A stretch of 64,000 bases of DNA from Eledone cirrhosa (GCA_964016885.1 OZ024740.1:74400001-74464000); one strand, 5' to 3'; positions 38,230 through 51,569 are shown, counted from the stretch's first letter. Numbers and translations are program-made. Notes: generated by a model not told the origin, from the sequence alone.

Positions 38230-38510
38230 TAAGCAAAGGGATATTTAATTTGATGGTAATTCAACAAATATATGTATTTATAACAGATTCGAAGCACTTG
38301 ACAGTATTGAGACCTTAACGGTTCAAGTTTCACCTATCCAGGTGAAACTTGAACTGTTAAGGTCTCATTCCTGGATATGTCAATATTTATAAAACAAACT
38401 TTGTATTTTATCTGATGAGGGCGCACCAAAGTTTTTGGTACCCTTGAAATATATATAATAGAATAAATATGCTTTTATAAATATAGTTTCCATTTATTAA
38501 TATCATTGAT
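38230..38510 (+). mobile_element. Penelope-like pseudo-LTR fragment with a 28-bp-arm hairpin
   Basis: 38383-38508 matches the reverse complement of 22532-22660; hairpin at 38308-38367; (TA)n flanks. Confidence 0.75.
38404..38465 (+). ncRNA. Type I hammerhead ribozyme (family C)
   Basis: TATTTTAT-CTGATGA-GGGCGCACCAAA..TTTGGTACCCTT-GAAA-TATATA-TA-ATAGAATA. Confidence 0.82.
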
Positions 38511-38700
38511 ATATATAATATATCTATCTATCTATTTAAGGCGGGTAAAATTCCCGAGATCCATGGACGAGTTCTCTCCAGCGGTCTCTGTCCCTCATTA
38601 TCGCTGCCATGTCCTGCATCTCCAACAGACCAGTATATATAATATATAATATATAATATATATATACATATATATATATACATATATATACCAGTATATA

Positions 38701-38766
<66 letters not shown>

Positions 38767-38768
<2 letters not shown>

Positions 38769-39100
38769 AGGCACATGGCTTAGTGGTTAGAGCATTGGCC
38801 AATCGAAAGGTTGTGAGTTCAATTCTCAGAACTGGTGATGTGTTGTTTCATTGAGCAAGACACTTTATTTCACATTGTTCCAGTTTACTCAGCTCTAGAA
38901 ATGAGATGATAGGGACTGGGATCCATATCATTCCACTGCAAAGTGGTCGTGGAGGCGCCACGGAAAAAAAGCACCCAGCACTCACTGTAAATGAGGTTGG
39001 TGTTAGGAAGGGCATCCAGCTGTAGAAATCAAGCCAGAATCAGTTCCTGTCTCACCCTTGCAAGCAGGAAAAAAGCGGACGTAAAATGAAATGATGATGA
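38767..39100 (+). mobile_element. tRNA/CORE-like/Meta-like SINE with RTE tail
   Basis: Same family as 11495-11842; inserted in (TA)n. Confidence 0.9.
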
Positions 39101-39197
39101 TATATATATATAATATATATATAATATATATATATATAATATATATATATATATATACTATATATATATATAGTATATATAATTTTTTTTTTTTTTT

Positions 39198-39964
39198 TCT
39201 AGGGCGGGTAAAATTTCCGAGATCCATGGACGAGTTCTCTCCAGCGGTCTCTGTCCCTCATTATCACTTCCATGTCATGCGTCTCCAACAGACCATTCTG
39301 TCCTTAGGGCATCAACATACGTTAACCTTGGTCTTCCTCTTCCAGTGTGTCCGTAGGGGCTCCCACAGGAGCACTGAGTGCAATGTCAACTCTGGATGTC
39401 GGTGAGCATATCCAGGTAACCTCAGTCTGCTCTGTGTCACATTTGAGCTGACTTTTGGGAGGCTCCCATACAGCTCTGAGTTTTTCATCCTCAGTGTATA
39501 CTGATTAATGTTCAGAGCCATCCTCAGCATTCTCGTGTAGTACCCATCCACCATCTGAGTGAGTTTCTTGGTCAATGTCCAAGTCTCAGACTCGTACAGC
39601 AGCACAGACTCAACTACAGCAATGAAGAGGCAGATTTTCAGGTCTTTACGAAGGTCCGACTTCTACACGGATCTCAAGCTGTGGCACGCCGCCCAGGCTT
39701 TGCTCTTCCTCTCAACCACATCATCTTGCGTATTCCCAATCTTTGCTCCCAAATACAGGAAGTCCTCAACCAATTCTAACGGCTTCCCGCCTACATTAGT
39801 GATCCCCTCTGGCTTCTCAACATTCTCTACCAGATATTTTGTTTTAGTCTCATTCATTCTCAGCCCCTCACTCATCGACACAGTCTCAACCTCCTGCATC
39901 AAATCCTCTGCCTCCTTCACTGTATTTGCCACCAAAACTATGTCATCGGCAAATTCAGCATCTC

Positions 39965-39965
<1 letters not shown>
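39198..39965 (-). mobile_element. RTE-clade LINE (third family) 3' fragment
   Basis: FADDIVLVA..MNETKTKY..VEDFLYLG..LLYESETWTL..SRLRLPGY; a short copy of the same 3' end at 38540-38633. Confidence 0.85.
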
Positions 39966-40005
<40 letters not shown>

Positions 40006-40087
40006 CATATATATATATATAATATATAAATGAAAGGTATAGAAATTGTTTTAGCGAGAAGCTAATAGTATTCTATAACATATATAT

Positions 40088-40120
<33 letters not shown>

Positions 40121-40122
<2 letters not shown>

Positions 40123-43100
40123 TCATCATCATCATCGTTTAACGTCCGTGTTCCATGCTTGCATGGGTTTGGACGGGAGTTTTCCCACTTGAGGCAAGAG
40201 TGGTTGTCTTGCTCGCATAGGACTGTCTGGCGGGTTTTCTACAGTTGGATGCCCTTCCTAACACCAACCACATTTACAGTGTGGGGCTGGGAGGTTTTTA
40301 CCGTGTTGCCTACACGGCCACATTACAGCGTGGACTGTCTGGCAGGTTTTCTACAACTGGATGCCCTTCCTAACACCAACCACATTTACAGTGTGGGACT
40401 GGGACGTTTTTACCGTGTTGCCTACACGGTCACATTACAGCGTGGACTGTGTTTTTTTTTCGTGACACCTACACGATCTCATTTGTTTCGGCCTGGATTT
40501 TGTGGCACCAACATAACTTTACATTGAAAGGGGCGGTGTGGATGGGGTGGGGGTGGTAGGACGGGGGTGTATTTTGTTAGAGATGCCTACTGACTGTAGT
40601 AGGTTTTACTTTGTATTTAGGTAACGCGGGTCTTCTCTGTTACTGAGTACCGCCAAAGGTCTCGGTCCAGTGACATTGTCTTGGAGAGGTGTAAGTGTGT
40701 GAGGTCGGAATTTATCAGCTCGTCCCAGGTTTTTCTGGGTCTGCCTACTCCGTGGCTACCATCTATCTTTATTGCCCTGCACTTTGTTATACAGCTGTCG
40801 TCTTTCATGCGCATCACGTGACCATACCAACGTAGCCTTCTCTCGAGTAAACAACATCTGATCCCTCTTATTTCTAATTTTTTCCTTAGTTCGTTTATGC
40901 TTTGCCGTTCGCGTATATTACTATTACACATCCAGCGGAGCATGCAAGCTTCGTTCCTCTCTAGTCTGCGTATATCCTCTGCACACAATGCCCAGGTCTC
41001 ACTGCCATGCAACATTGCTGTTCGTATGCAGGCATCATACAACCTGCCTTTCACTTTTAGGGAGAACCCTTTAGCGGCTAATAGTGGTATAAGCTCTCTG
41101 AACTTTTTCCATCCAGTTCTGACTCTAGCTACTGTACTTTCTGAGCACCCTCCCCCACTGCTGATTTTGTCACCCAGGTAACGGAAGCTGTCCATTATTT
41201 CTATAGAGCCCTCTGCGCAGTTGAAAGAGCTAGTATTTTGTGGGCACTTGCTGCTACTTATTGCACCAGAGCACCGGCCACATGTAAAATCTGTGTTCTT
41301 AGTTAGCTTACCTGTGATCCCACTACATCTTTTATGCACCCATACTTTGCATTTGGGACATAAAATGGAGTTTCTACCTACGCCTTTCCTACACACTGAG
41401 CATGGCCATTTCCCGGAAGGGACCGGCGCCTTATTTTCTTTCCTACAAACTAGAACTTTAGTCTTAGCCATGTTAATTTTAAGGCCTTTTGATTCTAGGC
41501 CGTGCTTCCATGTTTGGAATTTCTTCTCTAGCTCGGCCATTGATTCAGCTATGAGCGTTAGGTCATCTGCGTATAGGAGTTCCCACGGGCAGCCGGTCTT
41601 GAACCTCTCTGTTATAGCCTGAAGAGCAATAATGAATAGTAGGGGGCTAAGAACAGAGCCCTGATGGACACCAACTTTTACGCTAAACTCTTCACTATAT
41701 TCGTTGTTAATTCTAACCTTGCTCACTGTTTCTTTATACATGGCTTGTATAGCTCTCACAAGCCATTCGTCAACACCTAGTTTTCTAAGAGCCCACCAGA
41801 TAATGGAACGGGGGACTCTGTCGAAGGCTTTCTCCAAGTCGACAAAGGCTAAGTATAGGGGTTTACTTTTAGCTAGGTACTTCTCCTGTAGTTGTACAAT
41901 GAAAAGAGCGTCTGTGGTACTTTTGCCTGACACAAACCCGAACTGCATTTCATCTAGATCGATTCTCTCTCTGATTAGTTGCACTATTACTTTTTCCCTG
42001 ACCTTCATGACCTGGTCGATTAATTTAATCCCTCTGTAGTTACTCCTATCTAGGGCGTCTCCTTTACCCTTGTAACAGTTAATGATGATGCTGCTACGCC
42101 AGTCCTTCGGAACAACCCCATTCTGTATGACTTGGTTTACTATCCGGGTGACCATGGTGTGTCCCACCGTTCCAGAGGCCTTCAGCATCTCAGCGACTAT
42201 TTCCGAAGGCCCAGCCGCCTTACCCGTCTTCATATCTTTGATCGCCTTACTTATTATACTACCTTCAACTAACACTGCTGGTCCCTCTATTGGATCGATC
42301 TGGGGGAGACTATCCTTCTCCCATTTATTCTCCTCATTTAGTAGCCTCTCGTAGTGACACTTCCAAGCGACCTTCTTATCAGCGTCAGTGATGGCGAGTA
42401 CGCCATCATCATTACGGACACACTTCTCCCCAACAATATCACGGTTTTCCTTGACACATTGCCTAGCAATCCTGAACACCTCACGTTTTTGGTCCTCGCG
42501 TTGTAGAACATGCTTGAACTTTCTTTCTTCTGCTTTCCTTCTTGCAAAGTACACTTGTCTCCTAGCTTCCCTCCTGGCCACTTGATAGTCTTCTCTACTT
42601 CCCCCATCCCGCCATATTTTCCAAGCCTGCTTTTTGGCCTTAATCGACTCCTCCACCTTACTGTTCCACCACCATGTTACTCTCCTCCTGCCTATAGGCC
42701 TGCTCCGGCCACAGACTTCGTCTGCTGCCATCAGCAGGTTTGCTTTCAGGAATTCCCACTGTCCCTCTATATTGTCCGACTCTAAATGCTCTTCCTTACT
42801 GTCGAAAGCGTCAAGTAATATGCTTTGAAATTTATTTCTGGCTGTGGGGTCCTTTAGCTTCCATATTTTTCTCCTGAGGATAGTCCTCTTCTGCTGTCGA
42901 GTACGTCTCGTCCTGACTATGAGGTCGCTAATTATCAGTCTATGTTGGGAGGTGCATTCTTCATGGGGGAGGGATTTAGTGTTTACAACAGACACTCTGT
43001 CTTGTCTTCTGGTAAGGATATAATCTATCTGACTGGCGTGTTCCCCTGATCTATAGGTGATCAAGTGATTGTCTCGTTTTTTGAAGTTAAGTGTTACAGA

Positions 43101-43505
43101 TTGTTAGGTTATTTGCGTCACCGAATTCCAGGATTCTGGAGCCTTCCTCATTTCTAGTACCAAACCCATAGCCTCCATGGATTTCATCATAGCCGTCACA
43201 ATGTTGTCCAACGTGACCATTTAGGTCGCCAGCAATAATGATATACTCACTGTCGGTTATTTGGGAGGTAGTGAGCATCAGTGTCTCATAGAAAGTGTCT
43301 TTTATAGCGCCAGGCAGTCCGGATTGGGGCGCGTACGCAGATATTATCGTCACAGTAGTTCTATTTAGAACAAGTCTTATTTTAATTATTCTGTCGTTTA
43401 CTCTATTTACATCTATTATCTTATCCACCCATTTTTCTGCTAACATGATTCCTACCCCACCCAGCCCATTGTCATTTCCCACCCAGAAAAGCTTATAGCA
43501 TCGTT

Positions 43506-43510
<5 letters not shown>
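40121..43510 (-). mobile_element. RTE LINE (family 2), near full length: APE-RT-PHD ORF with one frameshift, 3'UTR, (TGA)n tail
   Basis: ORFs 43087-43482 and 40617-43064 (815 aa): SAYAPQ, AGDLNGH, SQIDY, FVDLEKAFDRV, QGSVLSP, YADD; 5' end cut at (TA)n. Confidence 0.96.
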
Positions 43511-43529
<19 letters not shown>

Positions 43530-43549
<20 letters not shown>

Positions 43550-43745
43550 TGTGGCCGTGTAGGTAACATGGTAAAAACCTCCCAGTCCACACTGTAAACG
43601 TGGTTGGTGTTAGGAAGGGCATCCAGCCGTAGAAAACCCGCCAGACTGTCCTATACGAGCAGGACAACCACTTTTGCCTTAAGTGGGAAAACTCCCGTCC
43701 AAACCCATGCAAGCGTGGAAGATGGACGTTAAACGATGATGATGA
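43530..43745 (+). mobile_element. RTE family-2 3'UTR fragment
   Basis: Reverse complement of 40121-40320. Confidence 0.8.
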
Positions 43746-43889
43746 TATATATATGACAGGCTTCTGCACTTTCTATCTACCAAGTCTCCTCTGGACTATA
43801 GTAGCAAACATGTTATGCAGTGGGAGTGAACCTGAAATCATGTGGTTGCAAAGCAAACTCCTTAATCACATGGCAGTGCTTGAGCCTAA

Positions 43890-43938
<49 letters not shown>

Positions 43939-45041
43939 CGTGCGTGTGTGTGTGTGTATGTGTGCGTGTGTGTGCGTGTGCGTGTGTGTGTGTGTGTGCC
44001 TATGCAAAGAGAGAGAATAAATGGAAAGAATTATGTCAATATAATACAGAATACCGAAGATTAAAATTATTTTCTTTGACCTTAACTTGAAACCAAGTTG
44101 ATTGGGAAGAATTCTAATACCACAACTTCTAATACCATCAACAGGTTCAATAAGAGAGAAACTTCTATAGAAATTGGACAGAGTGAAGTAGTAAACAAGA
44201 TTATGAAATGTTAACCAACAAGAAATTAAGTTTCAGAAATTAAGAGAACAACCACTTTAATTAATAACGAACCATTCAATCAGATTACATACCAATAATG
44301 ATATGTTTCTTCTATAAATCCTATTTTACATTTTTATTGCATTTTTTAAATCAATTTTTTTTTTTATTTATATCTTATTCTACAGTTATTTTAACACAGA
44401 GTGTCTGCCAGTATTAAAATTAAAATATTTATAATACACTTCTAATATGGTATGCATTTATACCATATTAGAGAAAAAAAACATGTTCTTAAAATGTTAT
44501 ACTTTCAAGTCATTAAAACCCATACACCACACACATCAATTTGAAGGAATTTAATATATGTAATTCCTTTTATTAAAAATATACATAAACAATGAAAGAG
44601 AACTAACAGAAATATGGTTACAATATAAAAAGATTATTTCTAATTAATTTGGTTAAAAGTTTGTTTAACATGAAATAGAAAATTTTAGAATATTTGATTT
44701 AAAACAATTTTTATTTATCATATTAAGTGTCAAGTATAAATCTGACATATAACATTTAATAAAATTCTCTCATCAAGTAAAGAGTTTTATGAATGAATAA
44801 CAAAATTAAGTGGAAGCAAAAAGAGAAGAAATAACCAAAATTTGGTCAAAAGTTATATTGAAATAAAATATATAATCAAAATTCTTTACAAATAAAAGAT
44901 TTAAGCATTGTGTTATGAAAAGTTCCAAGAACATTTGATTCAATATTTTACACAGTAATTGAGTGGCTAAACTGGCAGAAATAACTAAACACTTCACAAT
45001 ATTTAGCTTCATCCACCTTAAGTTCTGAGTTCAAATCCTTA

Positions 45042-45352
45042 TACTTTTGGGTCTCGAATAATCCCTGCTTATTAAATTCTGCTAATCTATCTTCAGCGAA
45101 ATCGTATTTTAAATGATAGCATTCTTGCAACAATTAATTTTCTTTAGACATTAAAAAAAATTATACATGACAAAAAAAGTACATTACAAGAAATCTCATA
45201 CTTTATAAAATAAATAGGAAGAGTTAGGGTCTCTAAACAACTAATTCTGGTTTTTAAAAAAATTCAACAGGCAACCTAGAAAAATTAGCAATTTTCTATC
45301 AATACCACTCCGCTTATTCCAACCCCCTGCTATTATCTAGGACCCGAGAGTA
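45042..45352. mobile_element. Decayed TA-flanked MITE inserted in an old SINE
   Basis: TACTTTTGGGTCTCGAATAAT / ATTATCTAGGACCCGAGAGTA imperfect termini; splits GAGTTCAAATCC from CAGGGTCGGTAAAATA; a related left end at 49863. Confidence 0.5.
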
Positions 45353-46569
45353 CCTCTTCAGGGTCGGTAAAATAGTTCCAATATTCTACAAGTATCAATT
45401 CTATCAATAGCAATGGCATGTATTTCTAAAAAGTAATTAATATAAGCAATGCTTACAGTATAAAATTCTTATTTACATTAATTATCTAATCCCGCTAAGG
45501 TTAACTTTGCCTTTCATCCTTACGGGGTCGATAAAATAAAGTACCAGTAATGTACTGGTAATTGATGGCCTTGTGCCAAAAGTAGAAACAATTAATTATC
45601 TAACTTTTTCAGTTTCATAAACTACTAAACTCATTATTATTGGGCTTGAATAATGATATTAACATTTTGATACCAAACCAGTCGAAACTGTCCCTGATTC
45701 TATGATGAAAAGTTATTTATTTCAATGTGTGGTTATTTATCTAAAAACCTATCATAATGTTATATAAGAAACTTTAAGTAATATTCCAAATACCAGCTTA
45801 ATAAAGTTAGTTATATTCCTAAGAAAAAGTTAGGTATATTCCTAAATCCTTCCCAATTCTTGATTATTTTCAAAATTAACTGGAAATCATAGACAGTGTC
45901 TTTCATAAGAGATATGGTAACTAAAGGTTTGATAATGTTATGCATTTTTTTCTAATGTGTTAGCTTTTGTAATGAAAGAGATGGTATGACTGTGTGAGGC
46001 TACTGTCCCTCAAATATGAAACATTCCATTTATTTATCCTGGACATTTTTTTACAGCACACCACTAGCCAGCCATATCCCCATCTTGAAAAAGTTGGCTT
46101 TTCACAAGTATTGTATCTGTTATGAAGTGTTACAATAATTATCTCTTCCAAAATGATGCATTGGCAAAGTTACTAGAACATCAGATAGCATGTGTGTGGT
46201 ATTTATTCCAGCTGTCATGTAATGTTTCCATAGTGCTGACTATGGAAACATTAAATGGAGCATATTAGAAAAATTTACTCTCTATGTTAATAGGATGAAA
46301 TTGTGTCAGCTATGTTACTCGGAAAAGTGGAATATACTCTCACAACTGGCTTCAGATAAATACTGCTTAAATACATGCCTTAACTGCTTCAGTCGCTGTC
46401 TACATGAAGCAAAATTCATTCTGAGAAAATTCATTCTGAGAATATATTTTCTTTGAATCACTAACTAATTTGAATTTCAAGAAATTTGTCTTTGAATTAC
46501 TAACTTGGCATAAATTCCTTAAATTTGGTATTAGTTTTAGGATAGTTACTTCTCTTTAACCTATCTAAT

Positions 46570-46762
46570 AATTGTTTTTACTTTTGGCATAAGGCCAGCA
46601 ATTATCCCAAGTGCATTACTGGTGCTTTCTTTTATTGATCCCATAAGGATGAAAGGCAAAGATAACCTCAGCGGAATTTGAACTCAGATCATAAAGGGCC
46701 GTAACTCTATGCTGCAAAGCATGGCATCTGACCCTCTACCTATACTGCCAATCCACCGCCCA
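46570..46762 (-). mobile_element. Nin/Deu-like SINE, full length
   Basis: Reverse complement of the 63518-63702 type. Confidence 0.8.
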
Positions 46763-47696
46763 GCTAATTTTGTAATTACCTGCCCAAGAAGAGCTCTCAT
46801 ATTCTTTCCAAAAGAAATTACATTCAACCATGGTAGTGGCTATCATTTTTATATAACAGGCTGAATGAGTTAGGGTGTATAACCCAGCAAAACTTAAGTA
46901 TCTGTATATGTTACTGTTGTAACTAATTATACTTAACTCATCCTATGGACTAAATGCTCTTACCCTTGGATATTTCTAGCAAACTTATGCTACAGTATAA
47001 AGTGGTCGTGTAAAAGACATGGCAAAAAGTACCCAGCACACACTCTAAATGTAGTTGGCATTAGGAAGGGCATCCAGCCGTAGAAAACCAGCCAAAAACA
47101 ACCTTATATGAGCGAGACACAGTCACCGATTCAACTTGCCTCTAAATGGGACAAACCCATCTAACCTATGCTAGCGTAGAAGATAGACATTAAACAATGA
47201 TTATATATGTATATATATATATCATCATCATCGATTAATGTCTATCTTCCATGCTAGCATGGGTTAGACGTTTTTGTCTATTTAGAAGCAAGTTGGATTG
47301 AGTGACCGTGTCTTGCTCATATAGGAGTGTTTCTGGCTGGTTTACTACTGCTGGATACCCTTCCTAATGCCAACTACATTGACAGTGTGTGGTGGGTGCT
47401 TTTTACCGTGTCTTTTACACGTCCACTTTACAGTGTGGGCTGCATGCTTTTTGGGCTGGTTTTCTACAGCTGGATACCCTTCTTAACGCCAACCACATTG
47501 ACAATGTGTGCTGGGTGCTTTTTGTCGTGACACCTACAGAATCACTTTACAGTGTGGGCTGGATGTTTTGTGGTACCAGCATAATATACATATATATATA
47601 TACATATCTATACATGCACATATCATGAAAATATATACACATATATATATTTGTGTGCATATACATATACATATCATATATATATATATATATATT

Positions 47697-47980
47697 CTCA
47701 GACCAGGTGATGTGTTGTTTCCTTGAGCAAGACACTTTATTTCACATTGCTCCAGTTTACTCAGCTGTAGAAATGAGATGATAGGGACTGGGGTCCCTAT
47801 CATTCCACTGCAAAAGTGGTCGTGCAGATGCCACGGCAAAAAAGCACCCAGCACTCACTGTAAATGAGGTTGGTGTTAGGAAGGGCATCCAGCTGTAGAA
47901 ATCAAGCCAGAATCAGTTCCCGTCCCACCCTTGCAAGCAGGGAAAAGTGGACGTAAAATGAAATGATGATGAAATGATGA
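47697..47980 (+). mobile_element. CORE-like/Meta-like SINE, head truncated
   Basis: Matches the 11495 family from the end of the B box to the tail. Confidence 0.85.
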
Positions 47981-48739
47981 TATATATATACACACACACA
48001 CACATATGTGTGTGTGGGGAGATGCCTGTTGGGTAGGACCTGAACAACCCATGCAAGCATGGAAAAGTGGATGTAAAAACTATGATGATGATGATGATAT
48101 ATATATATATACATACATACATATATATATATATATGTGTGTACATGCATAAATATGATTAATATTTGTAAAATCTTTCTTCTTTTATGTAGCTATATAT
48201 TTATTGGTTTAACTGGTTTAACAGCATCACATAGCCCATGGATGTCTTTAATGGAGTCTGTTTTGTTGCAAGCATTCAGATTAGGCCTATGGTTTGGGAA
48301 TCAATTGCTTTCTCCATCCAACTAATTCTGAAGGCTCTGAAAAGGGTCAAAGGCAAATCCTTTCCCTCCGTGATTAAACATGAAAAAACATGTTTTTTGC
48401 ATGGCGTTTTAATCATTCTTCCATTCTGATTCGTTTCATACTTTTTAAGAGTTTGACCAATTTTGAAATAATTTATTTAATATAACTGTTGGTTGTATGG
48501 TTAAGGAGTTCGCTTCACAATCACATGGTTTTGAATTCAAAACCACTCTATGACACCTTAAGCAAGTGCAATCCACTGTGGCCTGGGTTTGACCAACGCT
48601 TTGAGAGTGAAATTTGGTTGACAGAAACTGTGCAGAAGCTGTTCATATATATATAATATTAATAATAATAACAGTGTTGCTATTATTGGGTATAAACTTA
48701 ACCAGTGGTGCTTCTTAATCTTTATATATATATATATAT

Positions 48740-49080
48740 GGAGGCATATGGCTTAGTGGTTAGAGCATTGGCCTTGCAATCGAAAGGTTGTGAGTTCAAT
48801 TCTTAGACCGGGTGATGTGTTGTTTCCTTGAGCAAGAGACTTTATTTCACATTGCTCCAGTTTACTCAGCTGTAGAAATGAGATGATAGGGACTGGGATC
48901 TCTATCATTCCACTGCAAAGTGGTCGTGGAGGTGCCACGGCAAAAAAGCACCCAGCACTCACTGTAAATGAGGTTGGTGTTAGGAAGGGCATCCAGCTGT
49001 AGAAATCATGCCAGAATCAGTTCCTGTCCTACCCTTGCAAGCAGGGAAAAGCGGACATAAAATGAAATGATGATGATGAT
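48740..49080 (+). mobile_element. tRNA/CORE-like/Meta-like SINE, full length
   Basis: A and B boxes, RTE-type tail with (TGA)n. Confidence 0.9.
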
Positions 49081-49489
49081 AAAGCACATGGCACAGAGAC
49101 AGGGAAGACTACAGAGTTGGTATATCAATTAGTTATATGCCAATGGAGAAAACCCTGCTATTGGGATTTTGTTAACTGCTATATGTGTTTGTGTATGTGT
49201 GAGTGTGTGTTCAACTTAGTTCAACATAAAAAGATTAATAAAATAAGTACCAGAGTTGGAAAAAAAATCAGTACTTTGATCGACTAAATCCCTCCAAAGT
49301 AGTGCCCCAATATGTTTATTCTGCAATGACTGAAACCAGTAAAAGATTAAAAGAACTAAACTTGTGTTCTCAAATTTGAGAAAACTTAAAATGCTTACTA
49401 GTCAAGATATATATGATATAAAGAAACTATTTGTTAGTCTAAAGTGGCATTACTAGGCTTCTGATCAACAATAGCCATTGTGGGGAAAT

Positions 49490-49668
49490 TTAGTCACCAA
49501 TGGTCATAGTGGAGACTGTTGGTCACCAATGGTCATTATGGGAAACTGTTGGTCACCAATCGTCACTATGGGAGACTGTTGAACACCAATCGTCACTATC
49601 GGAGACTGTTGGACACAAATGGTCACTATGGGAGACTGTTGGTCACTAACGGTCATTATGAAAGACTC
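49490..49668. repeat. 30-bp minisatellite (~6 units)
   Basis: GGTCACTATGGGAGACTGTTGGTCACCAAT repeats; source of ORF 49519-49743. Confidence 0.9.
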
Positions 49669-49884
49669 AGAATTTTCTTTTTAATTTCCTGTTATCAATT
49701 AACATATTTTTCAAGATATATGATTCCCCAGTCTAAAATATGATCCCTATTTTATAGAAAAAGATACATATATGACTAATCAGTCTAAAAAATTATCCTT
49801 ATTTAAAAAAAAAAGATTTTTCGAAAAAATATCAATTAATTAGATATCAAAATATACTAAGATATTCTCGGGTTTCGAATACCA

Positions 49885-49990
49885 CCCTCCTTATTAATTC
49901 TTCAGATTTTTCCAAGCCCCCCATCCTTATTAATTCTTCAGATTTTTCCAAGCCCCCCATCCTTATTAATTCTTCAGATTTTTTCCAAGC
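49885..49990. repeat. ~38-bp tandem triplication
   Basis: CCTTATTAATTCTTCAGATTTTTCCAAGC(CCCCCAT) x3, inside a MITE-like left end. Confidence 0.85.
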
Positions 49991-50580
49991 TTTGCAGCAT
50001 ATAGTTACAAAACCCCACTGAGGTTAGCTTTGTTTTTCATCCTTATGGAGTCAATAAAATAAAGTACCAGTAATTCACTGGGGAACAATTTAATCAACTT
50101 TCCCCTTCCCTTCAAATTACTAGCCCTGTGCCAAATGTGGAAACAATTATTATTATTATTTATTAGAGCGGTGTATTGGCAGTAATGGTAGAGCAGAAGG
50201 CAACATGCTTTGCAGTATAGAGTTATGACCCTTTACATTCTGAGTTCAAATCCTGCCGAGGTTAGCTTTTCTTTTCATCCTTATGGGGTCAATAAAATAA
50301 AGCCCTAGTAACACACTGGGGTCAAATTAATCGACTTTCTTCTCCCCAAAATATTGTTGGCCTTGTGTCTAAATCAGAAAACATTATTTAATAGGGTAGA
50401 GTGATTGACAAATAGTTCCAGTTTTTTACATTCAGAGTGCAAATCCTGCTGAGGTCAAATTTGCCTTTCACCCTTCCAAGGTTGAAAAAAATAACATACT
50501 AGTCAAGAACTGGGGTCAGTAATTTTATCCTCCCTCCAAACTGTTTGCCCCATGCCTAAATTAGAAACCATTATTGTCAT
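49990..50580 (+). mobile_element. Three head-to-tail Nin/Deu-like SINE copies
   Basis: GAGGT(T/C)A.CTTT..TTTCATCCTT...GTCAATAAAATAAAG domain at ~50020, ~50258 and ~50451. Confidence 0.75.
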
Positions 50581-50744
50581 TATTGTGATCACTAGTAAAA
50601 ACCTGTCACTACGCTGCTGGGTAAAATACACAACCAGAAAAATAACTATAAGTATTATATATACGTATAAGTGCAGACAAATGTCACTGTCTTTTTGTAA
50701 AGTCACTCATCATCACTTTCATTTTCACATCATAAACAATCCAT

Positions 50745-51086
50745 CTCTTTCGCAGTGACTCCACAGGTGAGTGGAGTTCCACTTAAGCAGTTGCATAAGT
50801 CAAGTATCTCAGGGCTGGGTTCATGAGTGATGAAGGAGGCTGAATTGAAAAAGATGGTGCAGCAATGTGCCAGCTTCAGCATTCCGTCATCAGAAGGGAG
50901 GTACGTGTAAAAGCCAAACTCACTATCTTCAATTTGCTATTTGTGCCAACCCTTACCTATGGTTATAAATCTTGGGTAATAACTAAAAGGATACAATCGC
51001 GAATACAAGCGGTCAAAATATGGTTCCTCTGGAGGGTCTTTGAACTAACGGTACATGATAGAGTGCATAGCTCAGAGATTATCTAA
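50745..51086 (+). pseudogene. Old RTE C-terminal fragment
   Basis: KYL..G, KAKLTIF..FVPTLTYGYKSWV..SRIQA. Confidence 0.7.
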
Positions 51087-51179
51087 TAAGTTTTTGTACA
51101 AAGAAGACATACAATGAGTTTAGTTTTAGTTTGCATTTTAGTTTGCATTAAGTACATTTCCTTATTTATACATTGTCAT

Positions 51180-51567
51180 GAAGGCACATGGCTTAATGGT
51201 TAGAGCATTGGGCTTGCAATCGAAAAGTTGTGAGTTCAATTCTTGGACCGGGTGATGTGTTGTTTCCTTGAACGAGACACTTTATTTCACATTGCTCCAG
51301 TTTACTCAGCTGTAGAAATGAAATGATAGGACTGGGGTCCATATCATTCCACTGCAAAGTGGTCGTGAAGGTGCCACAGCAAAAAAAGCACCCAGCACTC
51401 ACTGTAAATGAGGTTGGTGTTAGGAAGGGCATCCAGCTGTAGAAATCAATCCAGAATCAGTTCCCGTATGAGCAAGACAAGGTCAGCCGACCGGACACTG
51501 CCCACAACAGGACAATCCGTCTAACCCATGCTAGCGTGGAAGAACCGACATAAAATGATGATGATGT
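51180..51567 (+). mobile_element. SINE of the CORE/Meta-like type with an alternative, longer 3' tail
   Basis: Same head and body as 48740, but the tail is GTATGAGCAAG..CCCATGCTAGCGTGGAAGAAC; same tail at 20790-21018. Confidence 0.85.
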
Positions 51568-51569
51568 CA

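Noticed and set aside
46220-46253. 15-bp-arm hairpin
   Set aside because: Isolated and AT-rich, with no associated element or motif.
48740-48805. tRNA-like A/B boxes
   Set aside because: SINE heads followed by SINE body; no complete cloverleaf or terminator.
49490-49668. 30-bp repeat array and GHYGRLL-repeat ORF; 40-bp array at 7335-7620
   Set aside because: Head-to-tail minisatellites without unique spacers, in a eukaryotic context with no cas genes; not CRISPR, no support for coding.
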